A stretch of DNA of 18,856 nucleotides from an uncultured Gemmatimonadales bacterium (GCA_963793305.1 CAWBZV010000008.1:1-18856); one strand, 5' to 3'; numbered from the stretch's first letter, positions 7,203 through 16,273 are shown. Program-made: numbers and translations. The notes: generated from the letters alone by a model not told the origin.

Positions 7203-9448
7203 CGATCGCCTCGGTCGCGCTGCCACGGCGCATGGGTGATCTCGAGATCGGCGAGGAACTGCCCGCCCGGTACTTGAACGCCGCCGGTGGTGATCCTCGC
7301 GGCGCTCGTGGGACTCGTGCTGGCGTTACCCGAGCACAATTGGACCGCGCTCGTCCTCGCCCGACACGGCGTGCCGTTCGGCGAGTCTGAGGCGTACTTC
7401 GAGCACGACTTGGGGTTCTTGCGTCTACTGGCTGCCCTTCGAGACGGATTGCTACGTTCGCGCGCTGTGGACGCTCGCGGCGGTGACAGCGCTCGTCGTC
7501 GTCCTCTACTTCTTCTTCACGCCCGGCCTCAAGTACGAGAAAGCCAAGCTGACGATGTCCACGCACGTGCGCCGGCACGTGGCGTTGCTCGCGCTCTTCG
7601 CTTTCGGCGCGCTCGCGTGGAGCTACCGGCTCGACATGTACGGCGCGCTTACGTCCGGCAGCGGCCCACTCTACGCGTTCGCCTACGCCGACAACCACGT
7701 CGGCATCCCCGTCAACCTGGTGCTGTCGTTCGCCACGCTGGCGTTCGGGTTCACGGTCTCGTTCGCGATGTGGCGCGACCAGCGGCGCACGGCGCTGGTG
7801 CTCGTGACGTGCATCCTGCTGATTCCGTACCTGGCGATCAAGGCCGGTCCATGGCTGGCCGAGCAGTTCGCGTCCGAGCGCGACGCGACGCGGCGCGAGC
7901 GTCCGTATCAGGTCATCCGCGCCTTGTACACCAACCAGGCGTTCGGCGCGGACTCGGCGCACATGCCCGATGCGCCGGCGTCGCTGGCGATCGGGAGCCC
8001 GGCCGAGTTCGCGCGCAATGTCTCGGTGCGGGACCCCGCGACCATTGTGCAGTCGCTGTCCCGCGCGCGGCGTGGCGCGTCCGTGTTCGAGGCGCAGGCG
8101 TGGCGCGAGTCGCCGGCCGGCCCTATCGCGACGGCGATCGAACGGCCCGTCGGCGGCGGGCGATGGATAGGCATTCGGGTGCTTGCCTCCGGCGAGGAGC
8201 CGCAGGGCTCGGCGCTCCGCGTCGATTCCCTCGGACGCTCTGATCTGTCGGACCTCGCGCTGCCGCCAGCGCTGATCGAGGAAGGCGCATTCGGTGACAG
8301 TCATTCCGATTCGGCCGGGTCGTCGCGGCGCCCGTGATGGAGGGATGGGTCACGCGGCTCGCCCACGCGTGGATCGCGCAGAACCTCCGCTTGTTGTCCG
8401 AGGACCGGCCCGAACGCAACGCGCGCGTCGTCAGGGTGCGCGACGTGCGCGAGCGCGTGCGCTCCTCGCGCCGTTCGTCGCGTTGGCTCGTCGTCTGGCC
8501 CGCGGTCGTCGGCGACTCGCTGTGGTGGGTCGTCGACCTCTACGCGGCTTTCGACGACTATCCGCTGACGCGCACCTGCTGTTTGGCGATAGCTAAATTA
8601 GCTACTTTCAGCACGCGGGTGCGGCGTTCGTGGAGGCCTACACCAGTCGCGTGCCGGTCGCCCGTGACCAGACGCTCGATCCCGTTGCTCAGACGTGGGT
8701 CAACGGTCTTCCGGGTCTGTTCACGCCGTGGGACCGCGTGCGCCCGACTCGCGGCCGAAGCGCCACCGCGAACCGACCAGGCGCTCGTCGCCGCGGTCAG
8801 TTATCTCGCCGGTCGACCGAGGCGCGGCGACTCGACGGCGCCGATCAGAGCGGTTACGCCCCCGGCCACGGATTCGAGCACGGCTGGAGGTCAGAACGCG
8901 ATCGTTCGGGCTTCGCGCTGCCGGCGGCGCCAAGCGCGTGCACCTGGTCGCTGCCGCTCCTGGACTCGCGCGAGCGGGTCGCCGGTCTCATCCTGGCGAT
9001 CGGTGGCTCTCGCGCCGCGGTTCTGCGATACCGGGCGCACGCGGAGGGGCCGCGGTGGACGACCGTCAGTGATCGATTGGAGCGTCCGACGGACTCCGTC
9101 GCGTCCGCCGGCCGGATCGTCGAGGGCCGTCTCGGTCGGTGCCATATCGCGCTGGCGTGGCATTCGTCCGCCGGAGTCTCCTGGCCGGCCGATCTCGCGC
9201 CGGACCTGGACCGCGTCGCCGTCGTAACAAACGACACGACCTCGACGCCGTACCATGGCCCAGGCTCTGGGCTCGGGCCGAGCGTCCAACGCCCGGCGCC
9301 GGCACCCACGACCTCGGGCGAGTTCCGCGCGCGGGTGCTGGAGCTTTACGACGCGATGCAGGCGTCGCTCAAACGCGGCGACCTGACCGGGTTCGCCACC
9401 CAATTCAACGAGCTCGGTCGGATCCTCGGCCGAGCCCCAAGGGACTAG
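7202..9448 (+). CDS. UPF0182 (COG1615)-like membrane protein, 5'-truncated, many frameshifts
   Basis: Colinear pieces across frames: SIASVALPRRMGDLEIGEELPARYL; PFGESEAYFEHDLGF/VYWLPFE; RRHVALL...AWSYRLDMY; FAYADNHVGIP; RERPY...YTNQAFG; RDVRERV/LAPFV; DSLWWVVDLYA..DDYPL; DPVAQTW..LPGLF; C-terminal LYDAMQASLKRGDLTGFATQFNELGRIL. Confidence 0.7.
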
Positions 9449-9459
9449 TTTAACGAGAC

Positions 9460-10596
9460 ATGAACATACACGAATATCAGGCGAAGGAGCTCCTCCGGGC
9501 GTCGGGGATTCCTGTTCCCCCGGGCGAGGTCGCCACGACTCCCGATCAGGCGGAAGCGATCGCCAAACGCTTCGGCGGCACCGTGGTCGTCAAGGCACAG
9601 GTTCACGCCGGTGGCCGCGGTAAAGCCGGGGGCGTCAAGCTCGCCAAGACACCACAGGAAGCCCGTGACGTGGCGGCAAAGATCCTGGCGCTCACCATCA
9701 AGGGGTTTCCGGTCCACAAGGTCCTCGTCACCCCGGCCGCCGAGATCGTCCACGAGGCCTACGTGGGTTTGATCCTCGATCGCGCCTGCAAGCGCGCGCT
9801 CTTCATGGTGAGCCCGGCCGGTGGCATCGACATCGAGGAAGTCGCCGAGAAAACCCCGGAGAAAATCCGTAAACTCTCCGTCGACCCACGCTACGGTCTG
9901 CTGCCGTTCGAAGCGCTGGGCCTTGGCTACTTCCTGTATAACGACGCGTCGAAAGCCCGTCAGGCTGCGCGCATCATGGGGCAGTTGTACAACGCGTTCC
10001 AATCGAGCGGCGCGACGCTCGCCGAGATCAATCCGCTGGTCACCCAACCCGATGGCTCGTTGATCGCCGTGGATGCGAAAATGGTGATCGACGACAATGG
10101 CCTCGAACGCAGCCCATCGATCGCGGCGCTGCGCGACGAAAGCTCCGAAGACCCGAGCGAGACGGCCGCGCGCAAAGCGAACCTGACTTTTATCAAACTC
10201 GATGGCAACGTCGGCTGCGTCGTCAACGGCGCGGGCCTCGCAATGGCCACGATGGATCTCGTGCAATATTACGGCGGCCAACCGGCGAATTTCTTGGACA
10301 TCGGCGGCTCGTCGAACCCGGAGAAAGTGGTCAACGCACTCAAGATCATCACCGCTGACCCAAAGGTGCGCGTCATCCTGTTCAATATTTTCGGTGGGAT
10401 CACGCGAACCGATGACGTGGCCAACGGGATCGTGCAGGCCCTCGACCAGTCACCGCCAACGGTGCCGCTCGTGATTCGGCTCACGGGCACGAACGAAGAG
10501 CAGGCGGTCAAGATTCTCGCGGCTCGCGGACTCTCGGCCATGACCGACATGGATGCCGCCGTCCAACAGGCCGTCAAACTGGGGGCGGCCGCGTGA
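9460..10596 (+). CDS. sucC: Succinate--CoA ligase beta subunit
   Basis: [70 protein letters not shown]. Confidence 0.98.
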   Translation: MNIHEYQAKELLRASGIPVPPGEVATTPDQAEAIAKRFGGTVVVKAQVHAGGRGKAGGVKLAKTPQEARDVAAKILALTIKGFPVHKVLVTPAAEIVHEAYVGLILDRACKRALFMVSPAGGIDIEEVAEKTPEKIRKLSVDPRYGLLPFEALGLGYFLYNDASKARQAARIMGQLYNAFQSSGATLAEINPLVTQPDGSLIAVDAKMVIDDNGLERSPSIAALRDESSEDPSETAARKANLTFIKLDGNVGCVVNGAGLAMATMDLVQYYGGQPANFLDIGGSSNPEKVVNALKIITADPKVRVILFNIFGGITRTDDVANGIVQALDQSPPTVPLVIRLTGTNEEQAVKILAARGLSAMTDMDAAVQQAVKLGAAA

Positions 10597-11477
10597 GCAT
10601 CTATATCGATTCCGGCACGCGCCTGGTCGTTCAGGGCATCACCGGCCGCGATGGCTCGTTCCACACGCGCCAGGCGATCGAGTACGGCACGAAGGTCGTG
10701 GCGGGCGTCACGCCAGGGAAGGGGGGCACGACGTTCGAAGGCGTGCCGATCTTCAACACGGTGGCTGACGCCGTGCTGGCGACCCACGCGAACACGTCGG
10801 TGATCTACGTGCCGCCGCTCTTCGCGGCCGATGCGATGATGGAAGCCGCGGCGGCGGCGATCCCGCTCATTGTCTGCATCACCGAGGGCGTGCCTGTCCT
10901 CGACATGACGCGCGTCTATCCGTACGTGAAAGAACACAAAGCGCGTCTCATCGGTCCCAACTGCCCGGGTCTCATCTCCCCAGGCGGGAGCAAAGTCGGA
11001 ATCATACCGGGCCGCATCTGTACACCGGGCCCGATCGGTCTGGTGAGCCGCTCCGGCACGCTCACGTACGAAGTCGTCAACCAGCTCACGAAAGCGGGCC
11101 TCGGCCAGACGACGTGCGTCGGCATTGGCGGTGACCCGATCAACGGCACGAACTTCGTGGACTGCCTGGCGGCGTTCCAGGCCGATCCGGCGACCGAAGC
11201 GGTCGTGATGATCGGCGAGATCGGCGGCAGCGATGAGCAGGATGCCGCTGACTACGTCAGGTCCAAGATGACGAAGCCGGTCGTCGGATTCATTGCGGGC
11301 CGCACGGCGCCGCCAGGCCGCCGTATGGGCCATGCGGGCGCAATCGCCGGCGGCGCCGGCCAGACGGCTGCCGACAAGGTCGCGGCCCTGCGCGCGGCTG
11401 GCATTCCCGTGGCTGATCGCCCGGTGGACGTCGTTGGTCTCGTGCGCGAGCGCTTGGCTGCTGTCGTCAGCAAGTGA
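10593..11477 (+). CDS. sucD: Succinate--CoA ligase alpha subunit
   Basis: [60 protein letters not shown], and the phospho-His motif RMGHAGA. GTGA overlap with the sucC stop. Confidence 0.98.
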   Translation: MSIYIDSGTRLVVQGITGRDGSFHTRQAIEYGTKVVAGVTPGKGGTTFEGVPIFNTVADAVLATHANTSVIYVPPLFAADAMMEAAAAAIPLIVCITEGVPVLDMTRVYPYVKEHKARLIGPNCPGLISPGGSKVGIIPGRICTPGPIGLVSRSGTLTYEVVNQLTKAGLGQTTCVGIGGDPINGTNFVDCLAAFQADPATEAVVMIGEIGGSDEQDAADYVRSKMTKPVVGFIAGRTAPPGRRMGHAGAIAGGAGQTAADKVAALRAAGIPVADRPVDVVGLVRERLAAVVSK

Positions 11478-12361
11478 CGCTGGCTGACTTGCTCCGCGCG
11501 GATCGCGTCGTGGTCCGGCTCCAAGCGACCACGGTCGAGGATGCCGCGCGCGAGCTGGTCGCCCAGCTCGAAAAGGCAGACGCTATAACCGACGCTGAGA
11601 AACTCCGTCAGCGCATCGACGAAGAGCTCCCGGAAGACATCGTCGCCATGGGCGATCGCGCATTTCTGTTGCACTATCGCACCAATGCCACGTCCCAACT
11701 CATCGTCGCCCTAGGCACCGCCGAAAACGCCATCTGCCGAGAGCTGTCGGATGGCGATCGTCAATGCGCGCGAGTGATGCTGCTGGTGGTCGCACCTCCC
11801 CGACTCGCGGCTCGCTACCTGCAAGTCGTCGGTGCGTTCGCGCGCTTTTTGTCGAGCGCCGAACGGGTAGACGCAGTTCTTTCGCAAGAAACCCCGGAAG
11901 CGCTCGTGCGACTCGAAGAGCTCCGGGAATACGAGCTGCCCGCGCAACTCACGGTGCGCGAGATGATGACCGAACGTCCGCACACCACACGCCCGGACAC
12001 GCCGGTCAAGGAAGCCGCCCGCGAGATGGTCCGCTGGCGGGTCAGCGCACTCCCAGTCGTCGAGGTCGACGGCCGTCTCGTCGGCATGCTATCCTCGCGC
12101 GACCTGGTGCGCGATCTCCTCGGCAGCTATCTCCAGGGCGGCCAGGGCGCCGCCGACCGCCCTACGCCGAAACCCCCGCGTCGCACGGTCCGCGACGTGA
12201 TGACGCGCCAGGTGCTCTGCGTCTCGCCCGACGAGCCGCTCGCCGAGGTGGCGTCACTGATGACAAACAAGGATGTCGAGCGCGTCCCGGTCGTCCGGGA
12301 CGGCTTGCTCGTCGGATTTCTCACCCGCGGTGACATCGTTCGCAAACTGATAGGATCGTAA
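11474..12361 (+). CDS. PTS EIIA (Fru/Ntr-type)-like domain fused to a CBS pair
   Basis: N-terminal '[24 protein letters not shown]', '[12 protein letters not shown]', 'MLLVVAPP...[10 protein letters not shown]' (EIIA_2 fold). C-terminal 'TVREMMT...[21 protein letters not shown]' and 'TVRDVMT...[19 protein letters not shown]' (two CBS motifs). Confidence 0.8.
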   Translation: MTLADLLRADRVVVRLQATTVEDAARELVAQLEKADAITDAEKLRQRIDEELPEDIVAMGDRAFLLHYRTNATSQLIVALGTAENAICRELSDGDRQCARVMLLVVAPPRLAARYLQVVGAFARFLSSAERVDAVLSQETPEALVRLEELREYELPAQLTVREMMTERPHTTRPDTPVKEAAREMVRWRVSALPVVEVDGRLVGMLSSRDLVRDLLGSYLQGGQGAADRPTPKPPRRTVRDVMTRQVLCVSPDEPLAEVASLMTNKDVERVPVVRDGLLVGFLTRGDIVRKLIGS

Positions 12362-12774
12362 TGACCCGAACTCTCGCCATCATCAAGCCGGACGCCTTCG
12401 CCACCGGCAAGGCCGGCCTCATTCTCGCCCACCTGGAAAACGCGGGCTTCCGCGTCCTCGCCACGCGAGTCCTTCGCCTGACCCCAGACCAGGCCGGCAC
12501 TTTCTACGAGGTCCACCGCGAGCGCCCGTTCTATTCTTCTCTCGTCGCCTTCATGACGTTGGGCCCGTGCATGCCGATCGCCCTCTCCCGCGACGATGCC
12601 GTCTCCACACTTCGCGTCGTCATCGGCGCCACCGACCCGGCCCAAGCCGCTCCCGGTACCATCCGGAAGCTTCACGCCGAGTCAAAGGAGCGAAACGCGA
12701 TCCACGCGTCGGACTCCGACGACAACGCGGCCCGCGAAATTGGCTTCTTCTTTTCGGGAGCCGATATAGCATAG
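12361..12774 (+). CDS. ndk: Nucleoside diphosphate kinase
   Basis: RTLAIIKPDA, FYEVHRERPFY, IGATDPAQAAPGTIR, catalytic NAIHASDS, REIGFFF. Confidence 0.97.
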   Translation: MTRTLAIIKPDAFATGKAGLILAHLENAGFRVLATRVLRLTPDQAGTFYEVHRERPFYSSLVAFMTLGPCMPIALSRDDAVSTLRVVIGATDPAQAAPGTIRKLHAESKERNAIHASDSDDNAAREIGFFFSGADIA

Positions 12775-12795
12775 GGCTTCGCTCTGGGCGGTCCT

Positions 12796-13281
12796 CTATG
12801 GCGGATACTGGGACAGCAGCGTCTTAAGCGTGCTGTCTGTCCCGATCAGTGCGCCCTGGAGGATCGGCAGCACCCTGCGCATCCACGCGATCGCCTGTCT
12901 ACGACCCGCATCGGTGGCCATCGCCGGGTCATATACGGAACCGCGCCGCAGGGCGCGAACCTCGCTCGAATCCGCCACGAGATCCTCGAGGCCCTCGAGC
13001 TCGAGCGCCGCGACGGCCGCAAACGCCGCCTCATGATGGCCTGGACCACTTCCGACTCGCAGCTGGTGTGCGGCCAGCACCGCGAAGGCGCCCGCTAGCG
13101 CAGCGTCGTACGCAGCCCGAATCGCGCCATTGAGACTGATACCGTCGAGCTCCGCGTCTCGTGCGCTGTCGGTTGCCTTGCGCCACAGCTGCACTACAGC
13201 CGCCCGATCGAACGGCTCGTCAACGATGCGCTTGCCTTGGATGAGCCACGCGAGTCGCTCAGGTCTTTCCCGTCCGCTCAC
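12796..13281 (-). CDS. HEPN-domain protein, putative toxin/RNase of an MNT-HEPN pair
   Basis: All-helical 161 aa with 'AYDAALAGAFAVLAAHQLR', 'GHHEAAF' and 'VRALRRGSVYD' (R-x4-Y). GTGA overlap with the upstream nucleotidyltransferase gene. Confidence 0.7.
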   Translation of the reverse strand: MSGRERPERLAWLIQGKRIVDEPFDRAAVVQLWRKATDSARDAELDGISLNGAIRAAYDAALAGAFAVLAAHQLRVGSGPGHHEAAFAAVAALELEGLEDLVADSSEVRALRRGSVYDPAMATDAGRRQAIAWMRRVLPILQGALIGTDSTLKTLLSQYPP

Positions 13282-13907
13282 GCCACCCGCTCACGCATCC
13301 GTATCCCCGCCGCGGCCGCGATCGGCGCAGCCGTTTCGATATCACCCGCCACACGGACCATCGCACCCTCCAACACGTTCCGCGGAAACCGCGCCCCGCT
13401 AGCTAACCGCTCGCCGAGCGCATGGCGCGTATACAACACCGGATTGACCTCGCGCCCCAACACCAACGCCGTCTCGGCGAGTTGATGATGCATGGTCCGC
13501 GCGTCTACCGCATCACCGATGATCAGCACGTCGACATCACTGTGCTGCCGCGCCGTCCCGGTCGCGAACGAGCCGAACACGCAAGCGAAGTCAATCCCTT
13601 CGACGTCCGCCAACGCATCACGCACTACGGCGACTGGATCCGAGAGCGCCCCGACGATCGTCCGCAACGCCCCCCACAGGGGAGAGCGCTCGTCCACCGC
13701 ATAACGCACGAGGCGTCCGTCTGGCCGACGCGTCAGAGCTCCCATCGCGATAAGCGCCGACAGATCCCGTTGGACCGATGCGCTCGAGACCGCGAGGACG
13801 CGCTGAAGCTCCCGCATGTGCGCGCGCGCCCGAGGCCGGATCACGAAATACCGTACGACGCGCTGCATCGACGCCGGCCAACCCAGTAAGTTTAGGCTCT
13901 CTCCCAT
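13278..13907 (-). CDS. Winged-HTH + minimal nucleotidyltransferase (MNT) protein, putative antitoxin
   Basis: wHTH 'HMRELQRVLAVSSASVQRDLSALIAMGALTRRPDGRLVRY'. MNT signature G-S-x10-D-x-D in VFGSFATGTARQHSDVDVLIIGD, followed by LGREVNPVLY. Confidence 0.88.
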   Translation of the reverse strand: MGESLNLLGWPASMQRVVRYFVIRPRARAHMRELQRVLAVSSASVQRDLSALIAMGALTRRPDGRLVRYAVDERSPLWGALRTIVGALSDPVAVVRDALADVEGIDFACVFGSFATGTARQHSDVDVLIIGDAVDARTMHHQLAETALVLGREVNPVLYTRHALGERLASGARFPRNVLEGAMVRVAGDIETAAPIAAAAGIRMRERVA

Positions 13908-13925
13908 GAGCCAAAACCTAGCTCA
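13907..13925. promoter_or_regulatory. Inverted repeat TGAGC-N9-GCTCA abutting the MNT start codon, candidate autoregulatory operator
   Basis: TGAGCCAAAACCTAGCTCA. A third half-site GGCTC lies at 13895-13899 inside the first codons. Confidence 0.45.
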
Positions 13926-13968
13926 CTTTTTCGCTCTTCGCCATAGCGCGCGGCTCTTAATCGTTCAG

Positions 13969-14291
13969 CTAGGCCGGTGCAGTCTTGAGACGAAATCGGA
14001 CGCCTTCGCGTTTTTGAAGGAATGCGACGATGCCGAGCAGGTTAGCGGCCCGCGGATTACCCGCGGGCCCGAGCATGCGCATCAAGCTCTTCGACGGAAT
14101 GCGCGTCGCTGCCGCTAGATCGGCAAAGCCGACTGTCGCGTGTTGATATAATCGCGCAGCACGGCCTTACCCGTATCAACGTCTCCAGCGAGCAGGCATT
14201 CGATGCTTTCGCGGAGCAACGCTCTGCGAAATGCCGGGTCCCGGCGAACACGCGCAACGTTACCATGTGTCAACGTCAATCGCGTCGCCAT
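13969..14291 (-). pseudogene. HI1420/COG3636-like HTH addiction-module antidote protein with a 2-nt insertion at ~14141 (absent from the ORF track as one ORF)
   Basis: Manual translation: MATRLTLTHGNVARVRRDPAFRRALLRESIECLLAGDVDTGKAVLRDYIN/ATVGFADLAAATRIPSKSLMRMLGPAGNPRAANLLGIVAFLQKREGVRFRLKTAPA*. The span is 323 nt, equal to 107 codons + 2. The insertion may be a sequencing error. Confidence 0.75.
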
Positions 14292-14311
14292 TTAACGAGC
14301 GGGGGTAGCCC

Positions 14312-14533
14312 ATGAACTTCGACGAGGCCTTTCGACTCTTCGTCGCGGCATTGATGCTCGGATACGGGCTCGTCGGAATATTTCAGCAGCGCATCCGTAT
14401 CTTCGACCGAGGCCTGGGAGCGTCCAAGTCGCCACCCCGGTATGTACGCGGACGAAAGGCGGTCCTATTGGGTGCCTACATGGTAGTTCTCGCGATTGCC
14501 CTCGCCACGACGCGGTATTGGTGGCCGAGGTAG
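14312..14533 (+). CDS. Small hypothetical membrane protein (73 aa, two TM helices)
   Basis: GGGGG RBS-like sequence before the ATG. Hydrophobic segments LFVAALMLGYGLVGIF and AVLLGAYMVVLAIALA flank a basic loop. Confidence 0.6.
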   Translation: MNFDEAFRLFVAALMLGYGLVGIFQQRIRIFDRGLGASKSPPRYVRGRKAVLLGAYMVVLAIALATTRYWWPR

Positions 14534-14579
14534 GCCAGACGCTACCCTAAGACCGCCTGGCCGCGTATCTTACCGTGCT

Positions 14580-15095
14580 ATGTTGGTGTTCGACCTCCGC
14601 TCGCTCTCGTCGGCTGCCGCGACTGTTGATGGTGTGTTAGAGTCCGGCGACCCGGTGTGGCAGGAGCACGATACGGTGCCGGTTGCGGGCGTCCGGGTCA
14701 CTGGGCGGCTCTCGCAGGCCGGCCCAGCCCGGTATTATTTCAGTGGCCGGATAGCTGGGGCGGTTCATGGTGAATGTCGGAAGTGCTTGACCGACGTTGA
14801 CGTGGATGTTGCGGAGCCGGCGCATTTCGTGTTCGTAGAGGACGGCGCCGACGATCTCGAAGATCCTGATGTGTTCGTGTTCGACCCGCGGGAGAATGGC
14901 CTCGATCTGAGGCCGGCCATCCGCGAACAGTGGCTCCTGGCCGCGCCGGCGTATGTCCAGTGTCGTGAGGACTGCCGCGGCCTGTGTCCCACATGCGGGG
15001 CTGACTTGAACGCCGGCGCGTGTTCGTGCGAGCCGGCAACCGATAGTAGGTGGGCGGCGCTCAAAGCTGCCCGCGACCACTCCGACCATCACTAG
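14580..15095 (+). CDS. yceD: YceD/DUF177 family metal-binding protein (23S rRNA accumulation)
   Basis: ECRKCL, LDLRPAIREQWLLAAP, CREDCRGLCPTCGADLN..C.C, DSRWAALK. It lies immediately upstream of rpmF; probable start is ATG at 14580. Confidence 0.92.
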   Translation: MLVFDLRSLSSAAATVDGVLESGDPVWQEHDTVPVAGVRVTGRLSQAGPARYYFSGRIAGAVHGECRKCLTDVDVDVAEPAHFVFVEDGADDLEDPDVFVFDPRENGLDLRPAIREQWLLAAPAYVQCREDCRGLCPTCGADLNAGACSCEPATDSRWAALKAARDHSDHH

Positions 15096-15097
15096 CA

Positions 15098-15280
15098 ATG
15101 GCCGTTCCGAAGAGAAGGACCTCGAAGCGAAAGAAGCGCGCACGGAATACGCACAAGACGGCGCCGGCGATCGTGCTGCAGGCGTGTCCGCGCTGCAACA
15201 GCATGAAGCGACCGCACCATGTCTGTGAGGAGTGTGGGTACTACGGCGGTGAGCAGCGGGTCGTCGCCAAAGAGGCTTAA
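15098..15280 (+). CDS. rpmF: 50S ribosomal protein L32 (zinc-ribbon form)
   Basis: MAVPKRRTSKRKKRARNTH...CPRC...PHHVCEECGYYGG. Confidence 0.97.
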   Translation: MAVPKRRTSKRKKRARNTHKTAPAIVLQACPRCNSMKRPHHVCEECGYYGGEQRVVAKEA

Positions 15281-15283
15281 GCC

Positions 15284-16273
15284 TTGGCGCGCATCGCGTT
15301 GGATGCGATGGGGGGTGACCACGCTCCCCGCGCCGCGATTGCCGGCGCGCTGCTCGCCCTCGCGGAGCTGCCGGCGGCGCACACGATCCAACTCGTTGGA
15401 CAGCCAGCCGTCATCGAGGCCGAGCTCGATCTCCTGAAGGCTGACCGCTCGCGTTTGGAGATTGTTCCGGCTGCGGACGTGATCGCGATGACGGACAAGC
15501 CGAGCGTTGCCTTGCGCAGCAAGGCGAGCTCGATGGTCGTGGGTCTCGAGCTGCAACCACGCGGTCTCTCGGATGCGTTCGTCTCCGCCGGCAACACCGG
15601 CGCGCAGATGGCCGCATCCATGCGCATTCTCAAGCTGATGCCGGGGCTCGAGCGGCCCGCGATCGGCACCGTGTTTCCCACGGCGCTCAAGCCCGTGCTC
15701 GTGCTGGACAGCGGCGCCAACGTCGACTGCTCGGCCGAGGAGCTCGTGCAGTTCGCCCGGCTCGGTTCGGTGTACTGCGAGGACCTGCTCGGCCGGTCCA
15801 ACCCCGCGATCGGGTTGCTCAGCGTCGGCGAGGAAGACGAGAAAGGCAACGCCGTCGTGAAAGAGGCCAATGCGCTGCTCCGGGCGTCCGGTCTCAATTT
15901 TCAGGGGAATGTCGAAGGCCGAGATATCCCGCAAGGACAGAGCGATCGAGGGCCGATCGACGTCGTCGTCTGCGATGGGTTCGTCGGGAACGTGCTCCTC
16001 AAGTTCTATGAAGCCATAGCGCCCGTGGTGACGCGCTGGATCGGCGAGGGGCTCAAGATGGACCCCAAGCAGCTGCAGCGGAGCCTCGCACAACTCGACT
16101 ACTCCGAGCACGGCGGCGCGCCGCTGCTCGGCGTTCAAGGAGTGAGCATCATCTCGCACGGCAAGTCGAACGACCGCGCGATCAAGAACGCGATTCGCGT
16201 GGCGTTGCGTGCGGTCGAGAGCCACATGACCGAGCACGCCAGCCGGCGCCTCGCCCAGTCGGCCACGGCGTGA
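15284..16273 (+). CDS. plsX: Phosphate acyltransferase
   Basis: RIALDAMGGDHAP, VSAGNTGA, ERPAI, LDSGANVD, EDEKGN, FQGNVEGRD, VVVCDGFVGNVLLK, GGAPLLGV, SHGKS. TTG start. Confidence 0.97.
   Translation: MARIALDAMGGDHAPRAAIAGALLALAELPAAHTIQLVGQPAVIEAELDLLKADRSRLEIVPAADVIAMTDKPSVALRSKASSMVVGLELQPRGLSDAFVSAGNTGAQMAASMRILKLMPGLERPAIGTVFPTALKPVLVLDSGANVDCSAEELVQFARLGSVYCEDLLGRSNPAIGLLSVGEEDEKGNAVVKEANALLRASGLNFQGNVEGRDIPQGQSDRGPIDVVVCDGFVGNVLLKFYEAIAPVVTRWIGEGLKMDPKQLQRSLAQLDYSEHGGAPLLGVQGVSIISHGKSNDRAIKNAIRVALRAVESHMTEHASRRLAQSATA

Noticed and set aside
6930..9448. Functional link between the CBM-like gene and the UPF0182-like gene, or HGT of the left half
   Set aside because: Both genes are truncated at the same point with no mobile-element signature; a chimera is more parsimonious.
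12784..14560. CTGGGCGGTC / GACCGCCTGG as terminal inverted repeats of the TA islet
   Set aside because: The match is only 8/10 in high-GC DNA with no target duplication, compatible with chance.
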